Positions 23,480-35,933 of a DNA stretch of 64,000 nt are shown here, in pieces. Source of the stretch: Klebsormidium nitens (Eukaryota; Plantae; Klebsormidiophyceae). Position numbers and translations under genes: made by a program. The first letter of the stretch is position 1. Each line of letters starts with the position of its first letter. The stretch lies in NCBI GenBank assembly GCA_000708835.1, contig DF237159.1:58679-122678 (forward strand), read 5' to 3'. The notes beneath the pieces are model-generated. The model saw only the letters and a program-made list of their open reading frames with translations, had not been told where the DNA came from and ran no database searches.

Positions 23480-25853
23480 ATGATGGATCCCTCCTTCGCC
23501 ACCGTGACGAAAGGGAAGGAGAAGGTTGTTGATCATCCTGTGATGGAAACGCCCCCCCAGTCGCCAGCTGTCGATCCTCCTTCCAGGCCATTGGTCTGCC
23601 TATCATGGAATATCCAAGGGCCCTTCAGTGGTCCGGGCTCAATAGCAACCAATAGGCTTGTAACCGAACTGATACATAGGGGAACGCCCAAGGGCAAGGT
23701 TGACTTATTCTTTATCCAAGAACCTCCTTGGGTAAAGAAAAATTTCTTACCTGGTCACTTTGAAAAGCTGGCCCACAAGGGAGAGTACGATTATCACGGC
23801 AATGTTCTAAGAAAGTTAGAGAAGAGAAAGTTCACACGCAAGCATGCCGGGATCCTGTTCAACAAGGAGAAGCTTGACCTTGTCAAACCCGTCGACCTGA
23901 GGGGAAAAGGGCTAAGCAACATGCTTGAGGAGAAGCACAAACAGAAACTGAAAGATGGACTGCAGCGGGGGACTTATTATGCTGATCGGACCGTCGCCTA
24001 TCAATTTAGGGAACGGAGAACCAGTCGGCACTTTCTCGCCATATCGCATCATGGGGAGAATGTCAAAGAAGGAAGTTGCGACCCTCATAAGGCAGAGAAT
24101 GCTAGAATGCTGCTAGTACTGGCAGAGTACGTGCGGGATCCCAACAATAAGTTGATTGACAGAAAGTACAAGGGAATGCCAGCCGTGATAGCGGCAGACT
24201 TCAACGTGGACTTGGCACCGCGCAGTTGCTGGCAGATTGATGGCCGGCCAGACTCGAGAATGTGGATGCACAAATGGTTCCAGCTTGACAAGGACTGGGT
24301 GCTCCCGAAACCATCAAACCGTCTGAAAGCGGAAAAGATTGCCGAGCTACCGCCAGAAACCTGGAACGAAAAGTCGAATCCAAACGTCAATTCCGGAAGG
24401 AGAGCAATGAAGCCTGCAATTGACTACATCTGCATGGTCAAAGCGGGAAAGGCGGAAACTCAGCTGGTACAAAACCTCGAGATCGTGAAGCTGTTCCCAA
24501 TTCCAGTCGTGGAAGACGGCAATGTCGTATTTCGCCAAGCGGGATTTCCTACAGCCGGGGCGCATCTGCTGAAAGACATCACGGCAGAGGAATTGGAGCC
24601 GTTGTGGAAGGACCTGAAACCGGAGGTGTTTGGGAAGTACCATGACCCGTTCCGCTTTGTCATTGACCTGAGCTCTGCTCCCGTCGTTGGGACGCCTTCA
24701 CCAGCTGGCAGGTACGGCCCGAAGCTCCGCTTTGAGTGACTGACCTGCCTGTATCGCATTTCCAAAACAACACGTCACATATAATTGGCAGCTTGATAAC
24801 CAAGAGGATGCTTCCCTCGAGATCAACTTAGGGGTTCAGGAGAGTCAAGAAATGAGAGAGCACCTTTCGAGCAAGAACGTCTTGTCATCGAGGGTGCATT
24901 AGAAAATTTTCAAGTTCTCAACCTTGTTGAAGACTACGATATCAGATTAGCAGATGGTCCCATTTCGGATGCGCTTCGTATGCGCAGTTTTTTGTGTTCT
25001 CCAAGCTGATTCACTTCATCGCATCCGCCACAAAACGTGCTTGGATCGACCTGATTTTTCCTTCTATACTGTCTCCAGCAACACATCGTCACCGGCAGCT
25101 TCACCTCGGCCTGGCTCGCCCACCTCTGCGAGTAAGACTGCAACCACCTTCGAAAGAGACAAGCGAGGAGGTCAATACTTCCGTGGAGACCTCTCCATGC
25201 TCTAGCCCGTCAGGCAAAGCCTGCAATCACCAGACACCCAGTGTATGATACATTGTCTTTCAGTCCACCTGAAATCTTACTCTCAGAATGCCTTCTTTTT
25301 GTGCTGTGGCATCTTTAAGGTTGGCGCCTGTTGATGTATCGAAGGTCCAGCTCGGGACATAGAGTGGGCATATCCGGACGATGCTTGTGCGCAGCAGACA
25401 GTGATACGGCAATTTCTGATTCCTTCCGAGTGGCAGAGTCGTTCTTCTTCATGAAAAGGCGAGTTATGATGCAGCTCCGACTTTCTGCCCTGCTGGTATG
25501 AAGGAGGATGCGTGACCTCACTGGTTGCTGAACGCTCGGGCTTTTCTGTTTCTCTAGGCTCAACGTCAAGCACGTCTTTTGAAGACGCCCCGCCTAAGAG
25601 CGAGCACCAGGCAGCTGCCGACGACATTCCATCAACCTCCGCTCCTGCCGTCACGACAACCACCCACTACATCAGCCGCCAGGGTGACGAGTTCAAAGCA
25701 ACTATTATCTCCTTCCAAGACGGGGGTCCGGTCCAACAAGGCCCCATGAAACTGAAGAAGTACTACTCGGACTACGCCCATGGCCAGTTGGCGAGTCCGA
25801 CGCACATAGTGTTCACGAACGGAGTTCCGCCCGACTTCTTTCAAAGAGGCTGA
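23480..25853 (+). CDS. Endonuclease/exonuclease/phosphatase (EEP) superfamily protein with an S/T/P linker and small C-terminal domain. Exons 23480-24711, 25079-25131, 25558-25853; 526 aa
   Basis: EEP motifs occur in order: LSWNIQG, FFIQE, AISHHG, AADFNVD, IDYI, YHDP. Junctions AG|GTACGG..CCAG| (phase 2) and A|GTAAGA..CTAG| (phase 1) join in frame. The unspliced first exon would read to 24739 (419 aa). Confidence 0.8.
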
Positions 25854-27022
25854 GCGCCGGCAGGGGAATTACAATCAAGTGATCAGAGCTAGAAAGCAGA
25901 CTTAGGTTGAGTGCTATACAAGTGGTTCCGCAAACTATCTTGTCCTTTGGAAGAAGGAGTATCACGCCGAGGCGGCGCTGCGGTTCAATTTCTGTCTCTT
26001 CGAAACGACATCATGCTTTGAATTCTGATACCCGCGCACCTAATGCATGGTACGCGCAGTTTGGCGCATGGATTTCGCTATGGACGGAAGTCTGGTGTGC
26101 TGGGAGCTTCCATAAGACTCCTCTACCATATCCGACATTGAAAAGAATTCCGTGGAAATTTGAAGCGCTGTGCACGTTAAGGTTGAGTATCTCGTCGACC
26201 TTCTCAAAATGACACAACATCTCGAGTACTTGCCTTGGAGGCTCGCGCGATCACAGAACTCATCCAACTTGCGATCATTGGCCGGTTGCTTTTCATCAAT
26301 CATGTGGGGCGGCGCGGCCCCAGGCTAATTCAAGTTTCCTCGATCCGACGTGGCGGATCTAAGGCTTGCCCCGCTTACCAAAGCAGAAATTCGACTAGCC
26401 CAATTATATGCAGGCATGAGTACTTTGGCAACTATATTCGAAGTGCGGGCCGGCCGCCAAAGACCGATGATGAACTTATGCACGAGTCCCCTTCGCCCCA
26501 CGCCGCCGTACTACAACAATTTTGAACAGTTTCATTTACAAGAGTGTTGACATAGCCGCCATGCAGTGATGAATGCAATTTCCGGCGTGAATGTGACAGA
26601 GCTTAAGAGTCATTGAAGACAACCACCCCTGCCAGCCTGAGCGTTGTTCCACAACAAACAGTAGCTTGCGAAGACCCTTTCATGTTGAAGGATAAACATC
26701 ACATGCAGCTAGGGCGCGTCGCGACGTAGTACTAGACATATCGATACGCTCATCCCGACACTGACATGCATACGTGCCACGATGGATAACATGACACGCG
26801 GCTTTGAGGGACTAAGAGATGATTGGAGGGAACCCGCATGTCGAAGCTAGCATGCGCCCCGCACCCCCCCATTCACTTCGTTAGAAAAAGACCATCGCGA
26901 TCTTGTAACGGGCATTGATATATGACGATCTGTTTCCGCTCTAGTTCCTACATTATCCGGCTCTATGTGCTGGATCTTGACCTGCTGCAGGGAAGAGAGC
27001 ACGGCGCTTCCCCACCTGGACC

Positions 27023-30000
27023 TCAGCTCTCGGAGTCCGTCACTTTATGCCGCCGGTCAGGAATGAAAAGCGCTTCCTTATCTCCTACCGTCGTTTCGTG
27101 AACATTGCCCCGCCACTTATACTTGACCCGCAATTCCTTCTCCTCACCCGGACACGGGTCGCAGAAGCCCATCAAGCCCGCCTTTCGAATGCCCGGGTGT
27201 AACTGCACGTGACGCCAAGATAAACCGGGCTTAGAGCCGAGCTCTAGGGTAGGCAAGAGCAGATTTGAGGTTCAGAGAGTGTTGTTTCGCTTTCCACAAT
27301 CGCTCTCCCCGAAGAAGCAAGCCAACTTTCAAGCCGAAAATCCAAGCTTCCCGCTAGGAATATCTGCTAGGAAGATTGTAGAGCCGATATCCATTGCAAA
27401 TTCCGGTCGTGGCGCCCAACAGCCAGCAAAAGCAGCGGCCAAAATCACCGAGGATGCAAGCAAGTTGGAAAGCTTTTCCTTTTCACAAGCACATACGATG
27501 CTGAAGTAATGACGACAATCTTCGGCTTAACGGCAGACCGCACGACGCCGCAGCAATCTATCTTCCGTGCTAGTCAACTTTCGGTTGACTTCAAGGAGCC
27601 AAAAACAGGTCGGAATGGTATCCTGTCCGTGCCGCAAAGCTAGCAGTGGGAACGCAAAGCGAAGTTTTTAAAAGCAGCTGACATTCCCAGCCCCAACGAC
27701 CGTTTGCGAAAGGTCCTACTACACGTCGTGAAGTGCGACTCAACGAACATTCGGTAGTCGATGCAGCCGTGGGCTTTGATGGGCACCCTTCAATCAGCGA
27801 GGCTCTTTCTTCAAACCCGACTGGAGCCGAAGTCCAGAGCGTTACTGGCAACTACTCCTTTCTTCCTCTCAATCGCAGAGAGGCGTCTAGACTCACAGCT
27901 GCGAGATGCTCAAAGGCAAGCGCGTTGAACCGCCTTGTCATCACTGAGACGCAGGTGCAGAGCACCGCTCGCGCAAAAGGCCACCGATGGAAAGCCAGTC
28001 CCACCGCTCTCAAAAACACACCTTTCGGGAAAGGAACAAACGCGCAGAAAGACTAACTTTCGACGACCTCAGACGACTGACCTTGATCGCGCTATCGTCG
28101 ACCAAGAACTGCACCGGAGTCGTCACGTCCAAAAACGGCGGCGGCAGGCCCTCGTCTTGTCCGTCATGCCCCTCCTCCTCAACTTCCTTCCCCCGGTCAC
28201 TTTCCCCGTTCTGTCGTTTCTTGCGCGGCTTTATACACCCGTACACGGCTTCGACGATAACCAGCCCCGGGTTGGCCCGGTTCTCCTCGTTCGCTTTTTT
28301 CCGGCTGGCGCTCCCGGACATGAGGTCCTGCACCCCCCGCGCGGCCTCAATGGACTCGCGGACCTGGAGAAGGTGACGTGTACTGACGTCAGCAACGCGT
28401 TGTGAAGACGCGCGTCGGTGCCATTAACAATCATACAAAGGGTTCTGCACCCTCCATCCTGCGTCGATGGGCTCTTGAACTCGAGGTAGTCAATTGGCAT
28501 GACATCAGCAAGAGCAGAGACATACCACAGGCGATGCGGATGGTACTAACGGGTAATCGCGGACTTCTTCTATCCAAGAATGCGAGGCAGCTCTTCATTT
28601 CTTAACAATCACCTTCCGAAATACGAAAGACCCCTTCTTGTTGGAAAGGTCCCTAACTGATGACAGTCTCGACTATTATTGGTACCAGGTAGTAATCGCG
28701 AACATTCTTGAAGCGGATACCTGGCTCACAAGGTCCAGCAATCTCTCAGAATCCTTCGGGAGCTCCAACCAGCCCGCAACCGTAATACAAAATGGAAACG
28801 AAAATACGGACAAACAACATCCGCTCGCTGACCTGTTGTGCGTTGGCCCGACGAGCCGCGAGCGTCTTCCGTTTCCGGCGCTTGATGGCCGCGGGCTTCA
28901 AGTAGTAGTGCTGCGCAAGACCAAAGCAGACCCATCAGAGACCGCCACACCAAAGCAGACCCATCAGAGACCGCCACGTGGCATGAGGTGAGCGATGGAG
29001 GAAAGAGTATTGTGGACGCCTCTTACGGTGCTTAAGTGCTGCGAGCTTTGAGTACGTGCCTCGCTTAGCAGAGGGCAGGAAACGATGAATAGTCAGAAAC
29101 GTTGAAGTAAGCATAGATGACGATCGCTGATGAGGATCGATCTTAACTGCGGCGAGTTTTTGCACTGATTGTGTAGCATAGCGGGAGGGTTGTGGATAAT
29201 AGCAGATGAGGATGGACAGCTGGAGGAAAAGTCAAGTTTATCTCGTCCAAGAACGCCGTCACTGCCTGGCAAAGTGAGGAAAACCAAAGCTCTCTTTCCC
29301 TAGTCTTGCCCTGATGCCAACATGAGGTAGGTACTGCTGAGGCGAAAGCAGAGGAAACGCCGCGAAAATGTTTCAGCTATTCCAAGATTTAGCAGGCCTA
29401 CAGTCCACTCTGTTTGAACGTGAATAGGAGCGGAGGAAAATGGGAAATTAAGCTGGATAGGAGAGGGGCAAGCCCGTCGGCTTACTCTAACCAAAGCGTA
29501 CAGTGCCGGCGGGAGGCACAGCGCGGCAAGGATCGTGAACGGCTCCAGCTTGTCGGACAGCAGGATCTGCGAATGAAAGACACGTGTCAGCATGTCCTTG
29601 CTAACTGCAACACATGAGCGGGCTGTCAGCTGTACTGAAGATCGAAGGAGCATAGAGTTCTGCGGGCGCAGGCTTTCAAAAGGGCGGCCCGCCGATCGTT
29701 CCACCTCTTGATCGAGAGCCCTCCGTTGCCGGTAACAAGTCAAAGAACGCCCGCTCGATTTCAAAAGGAAGCCACTCTTCATACCTAGACTGAGAATTGA
29801 GGACAGAATTGCGACAACCACCGTGTTTAGGAACGTTCTGGCTCTGGACCGGAGCTCGACAGGCCCTTGTGCTGAAGCACAAATTCTTTGAGGACATGTA
29901 AAGCTTGGCTCTTCTTTCGGGCCGGGAGCGGGGCGTCCGCAATCTTGAACACCCAGTCTCTACTTCTGAGCAGAGCGGCTGCTTGTTGTCTGTATGCACG

Positions 30001-33000
30001 AATCACCGAGCAATATAATACGACCAGAAGAACCGATGTTAAATCGAGAGCGGATCCATACAGCAATGGGAGAAAGGCAAGGCGTGCTTCCAGGCCGCTT
30101 TGATTGCTCTACCTTTTCCAACCATCCGCTTAACTTACTAAAAAGTTCTTTGGGCTTTGCGATACTGAACTTATTTTCTCCAGAAGTCTGAACCGCATCC
30201 TCAGCCGCTAGGCAAAGTGGGTAATGCATCAAAGTAAGAGAACGGGGTTGTGGACCCCTCAGAGATGTCACTTACTGGGATGATGAACTTCTGCCCCCCT
30301 CGGGTGTAGCGAATCTTCCACAGCACGCCCTGCCCAAAAGCAATGACGATGTTAGTTTCTTTCGTGCTTTAAAACGATAAGGCGCAGGGAGGAAGCTCGC
30401 GCAAAAGTTTGGAGACTTTGACGAGCGAATGCGGTGCTCGAAATGCTGTTCCCAAGAAGGGTTTCTCGTCTATATGAAAGCTCACAAGTTTTGAGCACAG
30501 CAGCAACGGTCACAACAACACAGTATTTCACGCGCAGCTGTCAAAGGCGTTGATTGCCCTGAACCAGACGTCTATGAACAGCAAAGGGTAGACAAAACGA
30601 GCAGTCGTACAGAAATGCTTTCACTAATTGCAAGTCCGTCCCTTCGATTATCTGGGTGTACACGCTGCTTCAAACATCCATGTCGTTTAACAAGACGGCA
30701 GGGAACCATTTGCCCAGCGGTGGCGGCTCGATATCGAAAGTGCCTTAAAATCGGATTCGCTGCTTGCACTTTCCCAGTATCATTTCGGGGGTGCGACGTT
30801 GAGTTGTAAGCTAGCTTCCATTGAGATACGTCAACGCAACCCCCTAAAGTCGGGGTCTCCCCTCGGCTGACGACCCCACAAAGTGCACGCGGCCTTAAGT
30901 CGAACTTGGCTTCCAACCGCAACCCCTGAAGTTAGATGTCTAAGCGGCCGGCGCCCTGTCGAGCGCTCACCTGTACCCCCACAGTACACGAGAAGCCCCC
31001 CGAGCTCCGTTCCGACAGGATTCGGTGCGCCCCAATCTCAACCTCAATCGCCGTACTGCAGAGAAGCAGCAGCGTACATCATGTCACACCGAAAAATGAA
31101 GTTGGATGCTTGGAAGGCAAAGGGGATGGATTGGTGACAGGAAAAATCTGAACCTGGCTACGCGGGGAGCAACGGACGACCTTCGATGATATTCTCACAA
31201 GGTCAAAAGCCATAGGGCTTTCCTTCCTGTTACGACGGAATTCTTGCTCCTTTGCTCTTGATTCCAGTGACCTCAACCATAAGAGGGAGAAGCGATTATC
31301 GGAAAGGTCGCGGCCTCTGTTCAAGAGGATAAGTTCTGTGTCTCTCCTCAGGCAAGTCTCTTGTAGGGTAACGCATGTCCGAAGACAAAAAAGAGAATGA
31401 ATGCAGAAGTTCGTGTGAAAAAAGTCCAAGTATTGGGACGATGAGGACCTGACCACAAAAACCCGGTGTTCTATAGAAGCGTTGTCGCAAATTGTACCCG
31501 CCAGGCTCTGAGGGCAAGCGCAAGTCGATACAAGGCTCAAATTAGAAGCCAGCGTTATCTATTTTCAGTATCCTTCCCGTAACTGGGTTAAGAAAAGGTA
31601 AGACCTCTTTGTGAGCGAACCCCGGTTGCAGCTTTGCGTCACCGTTTGTCCTACTCAACTTGACGAGCTTCGCAGTTGCTCAATAACCTTACAGCTTCTT
31701 CCTAGCAAACCGCCGTTGTCCAGTGCAAAGTCTAGTCTGATTCAATCAGTCTGGTACTGAGCGAAAGCAGCCCAGATCAGTGTAAACAAGCTGTTCGAAA
31801 GACTCTGTAAACTTGCAAAAGAGAACTCACATTCCAATCTTGGCGGACACCTTTCCAAACGACTTGTCCGAAAAGTGGTGCACCCAGTTTCCCGCTACCC
31901 CAAACGCCGTCCCCATACGAAGGTCCCCTCGGAGCGAGTTTTTGGTCCCGTCGCGGCTCCAGCCGACGGCGACGCCCATGTCGGGGCCCAAAGTCAGCGC
32001 GATCTGCAGATGTATATTGTACTGCTCTTATATTGAGGAAAGCACTCTGCGGGAGTTGGAAGATGGAAGATCAAAAACTAAACGAGTACCATTCCGGGGT
32101 TCAGCCGCCAACTGATAATCAGACGTGAAGGGGCAAAACAGAATACTGGATTGATACAGAATTCCGTATCTTTGCGGCTCCACCCGAGGGCGACGCCCAT
32201 GTCGGCACTAAAAACGAAGTATTCAGGCGGAAATGGAAATCACGAGCATGTCGATCCAGCATTGGACTGGAACAGACTTTCGCATTGACTCGCCAAGATA
32301 ATTGCAGTCGACCGACGAGGGCAGATCACAAAAAACCTGCCAATCTAAGCGTGGAGTATAAGGATACTCCTTTTATATTGGGTTGAGAGCAAGGCAACGA
32401 AGTTGCAAGCCCACCCGAGCAATGAGCAGTCCCTTTCGAAGAAGCGCACTTTGCTAGTGGAAGCAACAGCGGGGCCACGGCTATCAGCGGATGACTTCGC
32501 TATCCTCCTAACCTAAAGAGCACTTAGAATCAACGTCAATCAGTGCCTCTGACGTCGGTCGAACTTCGCTGGAAGAAGCATCACTCAGGCCGAGATATCA
32601 ATGAACGAATCGGCTGGCCTTCTAGCCAGTGGACTTTGAAGCCAAACAAACACTCGAGAATCACCGGGAGCTGGTGCTTACGTCACCCCTGACGTTGGGC
32701 GTCAGCTGGCGGCTCCAGGCGCACGTCTGCGAGAGCGAGCCGTCCTTGATGTTGTAGTTCGCGGACAGCGAGGCGGTCATGTGCTTCGACAATTGCCTGC
32801 AGCACAAGAGCGCAGAAAAGATGACGTCATGCTAATGGTTGAACTTAAGACTACTGCAGGCTGCAATAGCGGCTTGCAATCGTCCATAAGATCCAAGGAA
32901 CGAACTTTTGTGCTTTCCAACCCGATCAGTACTGCGGGGAAGCGCTTTTTGAGTGCTTCGACACCTGCCTGAATTCGACCTGCAGAACAAAACGTCATGC

Positions 33001-35933
33001 TGATGAGGTTTCTTTGTTGAGTGTGAGTGCGGGGCTGCAGTAGAAGCTCGTATAACCAGGAGTGCGCAAATGTCACTGGATTCGTTGAATTTTCCTGCCG
33101 CTGCATTTTGCAGGGATGCGTTTCGTATGTGCTTCGATAGTTGATAGCGCAAGGAAAGCCAAAGCTGACGTCATGCTGACGTCACGCAACCAGAGTACCA
33201 GAGAGGTGGCAAACGCGCCGCAGACTTCCCAAGTCGGAAGAACACATTCCGCCGTTTACGTGAAACCGCATCAGTCAAGCCAGGCACTGTAGAAAGAAAC
33301 AACATCTTCAGATTCTAACTCAGCACAAAACCTCACATTGTCGTAGTTCCGGTCAGGATCCCTCTTTTACTTGAAACCGCATTAGTGAAAGCCAGGCACC
33401 ATAGAAAAGTGCAATATTTTTTGGGTTCGAACTTAGCACGAAAGCTCACATTGTTGTAGTTCCCGTCAGGATCTGTCGGATGCCCAGCACGGCCCCCGCT
33501 TCGTACGAGAACCGGGAGTCTGCCTGGTGCTTCCAAACCAGGAACTGGTTCGCCACGCCGTGCCCGCGCTTGACGCCAACGCTGCCACCCATGATGAGCG
33601 TATCTTTGGGAGAGATGGGGGCGGTCACAGTGGAGTTGATGGAAGATCTGCGAGAAAAGGCGAAACGGGGGGATCAGTTGAACTCAAGAGTGTCAGTTCT
33701 GGGGCCCGGCTAACCCCACGCTGTTCGAGTTCTGAGCGGTTCCTTAGGAGAGATCGGAGCAGTCACAGTGGAGTTGATGGAGGAACTGCGAAAAGAAACA
33801 ACAGGGGGGGATGAGAAGATTCGAATCTATAAACAGTCAGGGGGAGGTTGCTGGCAGTACTCATTCAGTCTTGGCAACCGCTTCGCACTGACGCTGCGCT
33901 TCAGGATGAGCGTATCCTTCCGGGAAATGGGGGCGGTCACAGTGGAATTGATGAAAGAACTGCAGTGAAAGTTACTTTGTAAGGACAAGGTTGGAAAGGG
34001 CCTTGGATGATGACATTCTTTACAGGAAGCTTTAAAAGCAGAGTGCGGGGTAAAGATACTTTCGTATCATACACGACAGGATCCATATGCGGTAGAGATG
34101 AAGGAGGACCTGCGGAGGAATTCGGAAGGGGAGCGCTCTGCAGATGAAAACGAAACACCAGCTGCTGTCAGATCTACCTAGGAACGCGGTCAAAGGGGAT
34201 TATGGAGGTAGCGCGGAAACAAACGGCACGGGAAGTGGCCTTCGAAACAACGTTGCAAGCCTGTCTATCTCATATCCAATTGCAAACGGCGTTCGCTGAC
34301 CGGTGCGTTTGGCTTTCGGGCGACAAGAAACATTGCTGCACTACGTTCCGTACTGAACTATCCGACAAACTGCTTCTTTATCTAACATTTGGCAGTACCA
34401 TCTTCGAAATCTCTTGCATAGTCAACGCATCAGTGCTGGAACTGTGGTCCCTGCCGATCTGGACTCTACAGGCTTTAGAGAAGGATTTCGGGAACAGATC
34501 GAAGGTCTCCCCATGCTTACGTCAGTTGTTGCACGCCTCTCCTCCGCCAGTCGTTGATGGCTATGCTAGTCAACAGGGTGGACGTCTGGTTGAGCCGGGA
34601 CTGGAGCTTGTTTTCGCTCTGCACAGAAACCAAAAGGACTTTTACGGGAAAACTTCAGGCAGCTAGAGTTGTGACTTGCGAGCGCCTTGGGCAACAGCCA
34701 CAACGAAAATCTATGCTCAGCTGTGATTCGATGTTTTTGGGGCAGCTAGAAATAAGTCAGGAAGCTTTGCACGTCTTCAGTTTTCTTCGAACTATTGCGC
34801 GGCCCATACCAGGCTCCGTTTCCAGAAGCTTGTTGCTCCGTTGCCAAGTACTAAAACGGCCACAAGACTCTTATTCATGATAATTGAAAACTGACGTGCC
34901 TTCAAATGAATCACACGACTTTCCGATGAACTGCCGAAAATTTCCTAGCCTAAGAACAACTCAGAAACTGCTTGGAGACTCGTCCTTGCACAACAACCGA
35001 CTGATGTTGCACATAATTGGACTTGCTTATGAACATGCTAAAAACCCTCCTTTCATTTCGAGTCTGAAGAGCCTTCACCTGCCGCATTTGATACAGCTCA
35101 TAAGCCTTTCGCATCTCGTCCTTCATTCCGAGATGCTCCCCCAGGTCCATCCCCGAGGCAAGGCCCTTCTTCCCGTAAATGTCATAGATCTGGGGCACAG
35201 GAGGCAAGGAATCAGACAAAATGAGGCCCGTCTTCCTGGTTTTGTCATCAATCGGTACATAGGACGGAAGGTTTGAGTCAAGACTAGGCCCTTCTTCCCA
35301 CAGATGTCATAGATCTGGGGGCACAGGAGGGAAGGAATCAGACCGGATGAGGCCCTTCTTCCTTGGTTGTCAACGATTGAAGCTCAGGAGGACAGAAACT
35401 CGACAGTGAGACCCTCCTCCTTGTAATTGTCAAAGATCTGGGGCACAGGCAGGAAGGATTGAGGCACACTGGAACATTAGGCCCCACCTTTAGGTAGAGG
35501 CATAATACCTTGTTTAATATAATTAAAAGCCAGTATTTTTACTGGCATAAACCTGGACCTTCTGTTCTACTCCATCCAAAAAGTGGTCCTTAATTCGCTT
35601 AAACAGCCCATGCGGATTGTATAAAGTCAACCTATCTCACAATATTCTCACTCAGATGGCCAACGACCTTTCCTTTCCGTTCCCCAGGCTCACCTCTCTC
35701 CTCTGTGGATCGCTGAGGGTCTCGTATGCGTCCCGTATTCGGTTGAACTGCTCTGTTGCGACCGCCTTTAGAGCGGTTGAGCCTCCAGGGACCTTGTCAG
35801 GATGACACAGCATTGCCAGGCCGCGGTAGGCCTTGAGAAGTTCGTCGTCCGACGCGTCTTTTGGAACGTTGAGGATGCCATATAGGTCGAGGTCTGGCTC
35901 CTCAACCTGACTACCTAGCCGGCGCTGCGCCAT
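27023..35933 (-). CDS. DNAJC11: DnaJ subfamily C member 11 (plant OWL1-like). Exons 35933-35694, 35189-35079, 34618-34521, 33647-33450, 32796-32682, 32003-31831, 31055-30971, 30329-30276, 29566-29486, 28910-28833, 28363-28082, 27202-27023; 564 aa
   Basis: N-terminal J-domain (LYGILNV...HPDK...AYETLSDPQRREIYDIYG), central beta-rich region, hydrophobic segment ILAALCLPPALYALV, and the C11 C-terminal domain (GLVIVEAVYG...LDVTTPVQFLV...KAGLMGFCDPCPGEEKELRVKY). All 11 introns are GT-AG and in phase. Confidence 0.93.
28921..28977. repeat. 29-bp period tandem duplication (CCAAAGCAGACCCATCAGAGACCGCCAC x2) in DNAJC11 intron 9
   Basis: 28 identical nucleotides, read directly. Confidence 0.9.
35161..35465 (-). 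repeat. Degenerate ~124-bp tandem array (with ~62-bp sub-period) made of copies of the DNAJC11 exon-2 acceptor and first codons
   Basis: GGCACAG/AGATCTGGGG blocks align at 35189, 35314 and 35437; AGGCCC-type half-units at ~35161, 35224, 35286, 35350 and 35410. Confidence 0.85.

Noticed and set aside
25907-26303. Frameshifted minus-strand ORF pair (MIDEKQ... / ...HFEKVDEILNL...)
   Set aside because: Protein-like but short, no motif and no homologue in the window; cannot be supported.
23480-26600. LINE retrotransposon ORF2 (EEP + RT) or Helentron
   Set aside because: No RT (YADD-type) or Rep/helicase motifs in any frame nearby; no poly(A) tail or target-site duplication; the gene is spliced.
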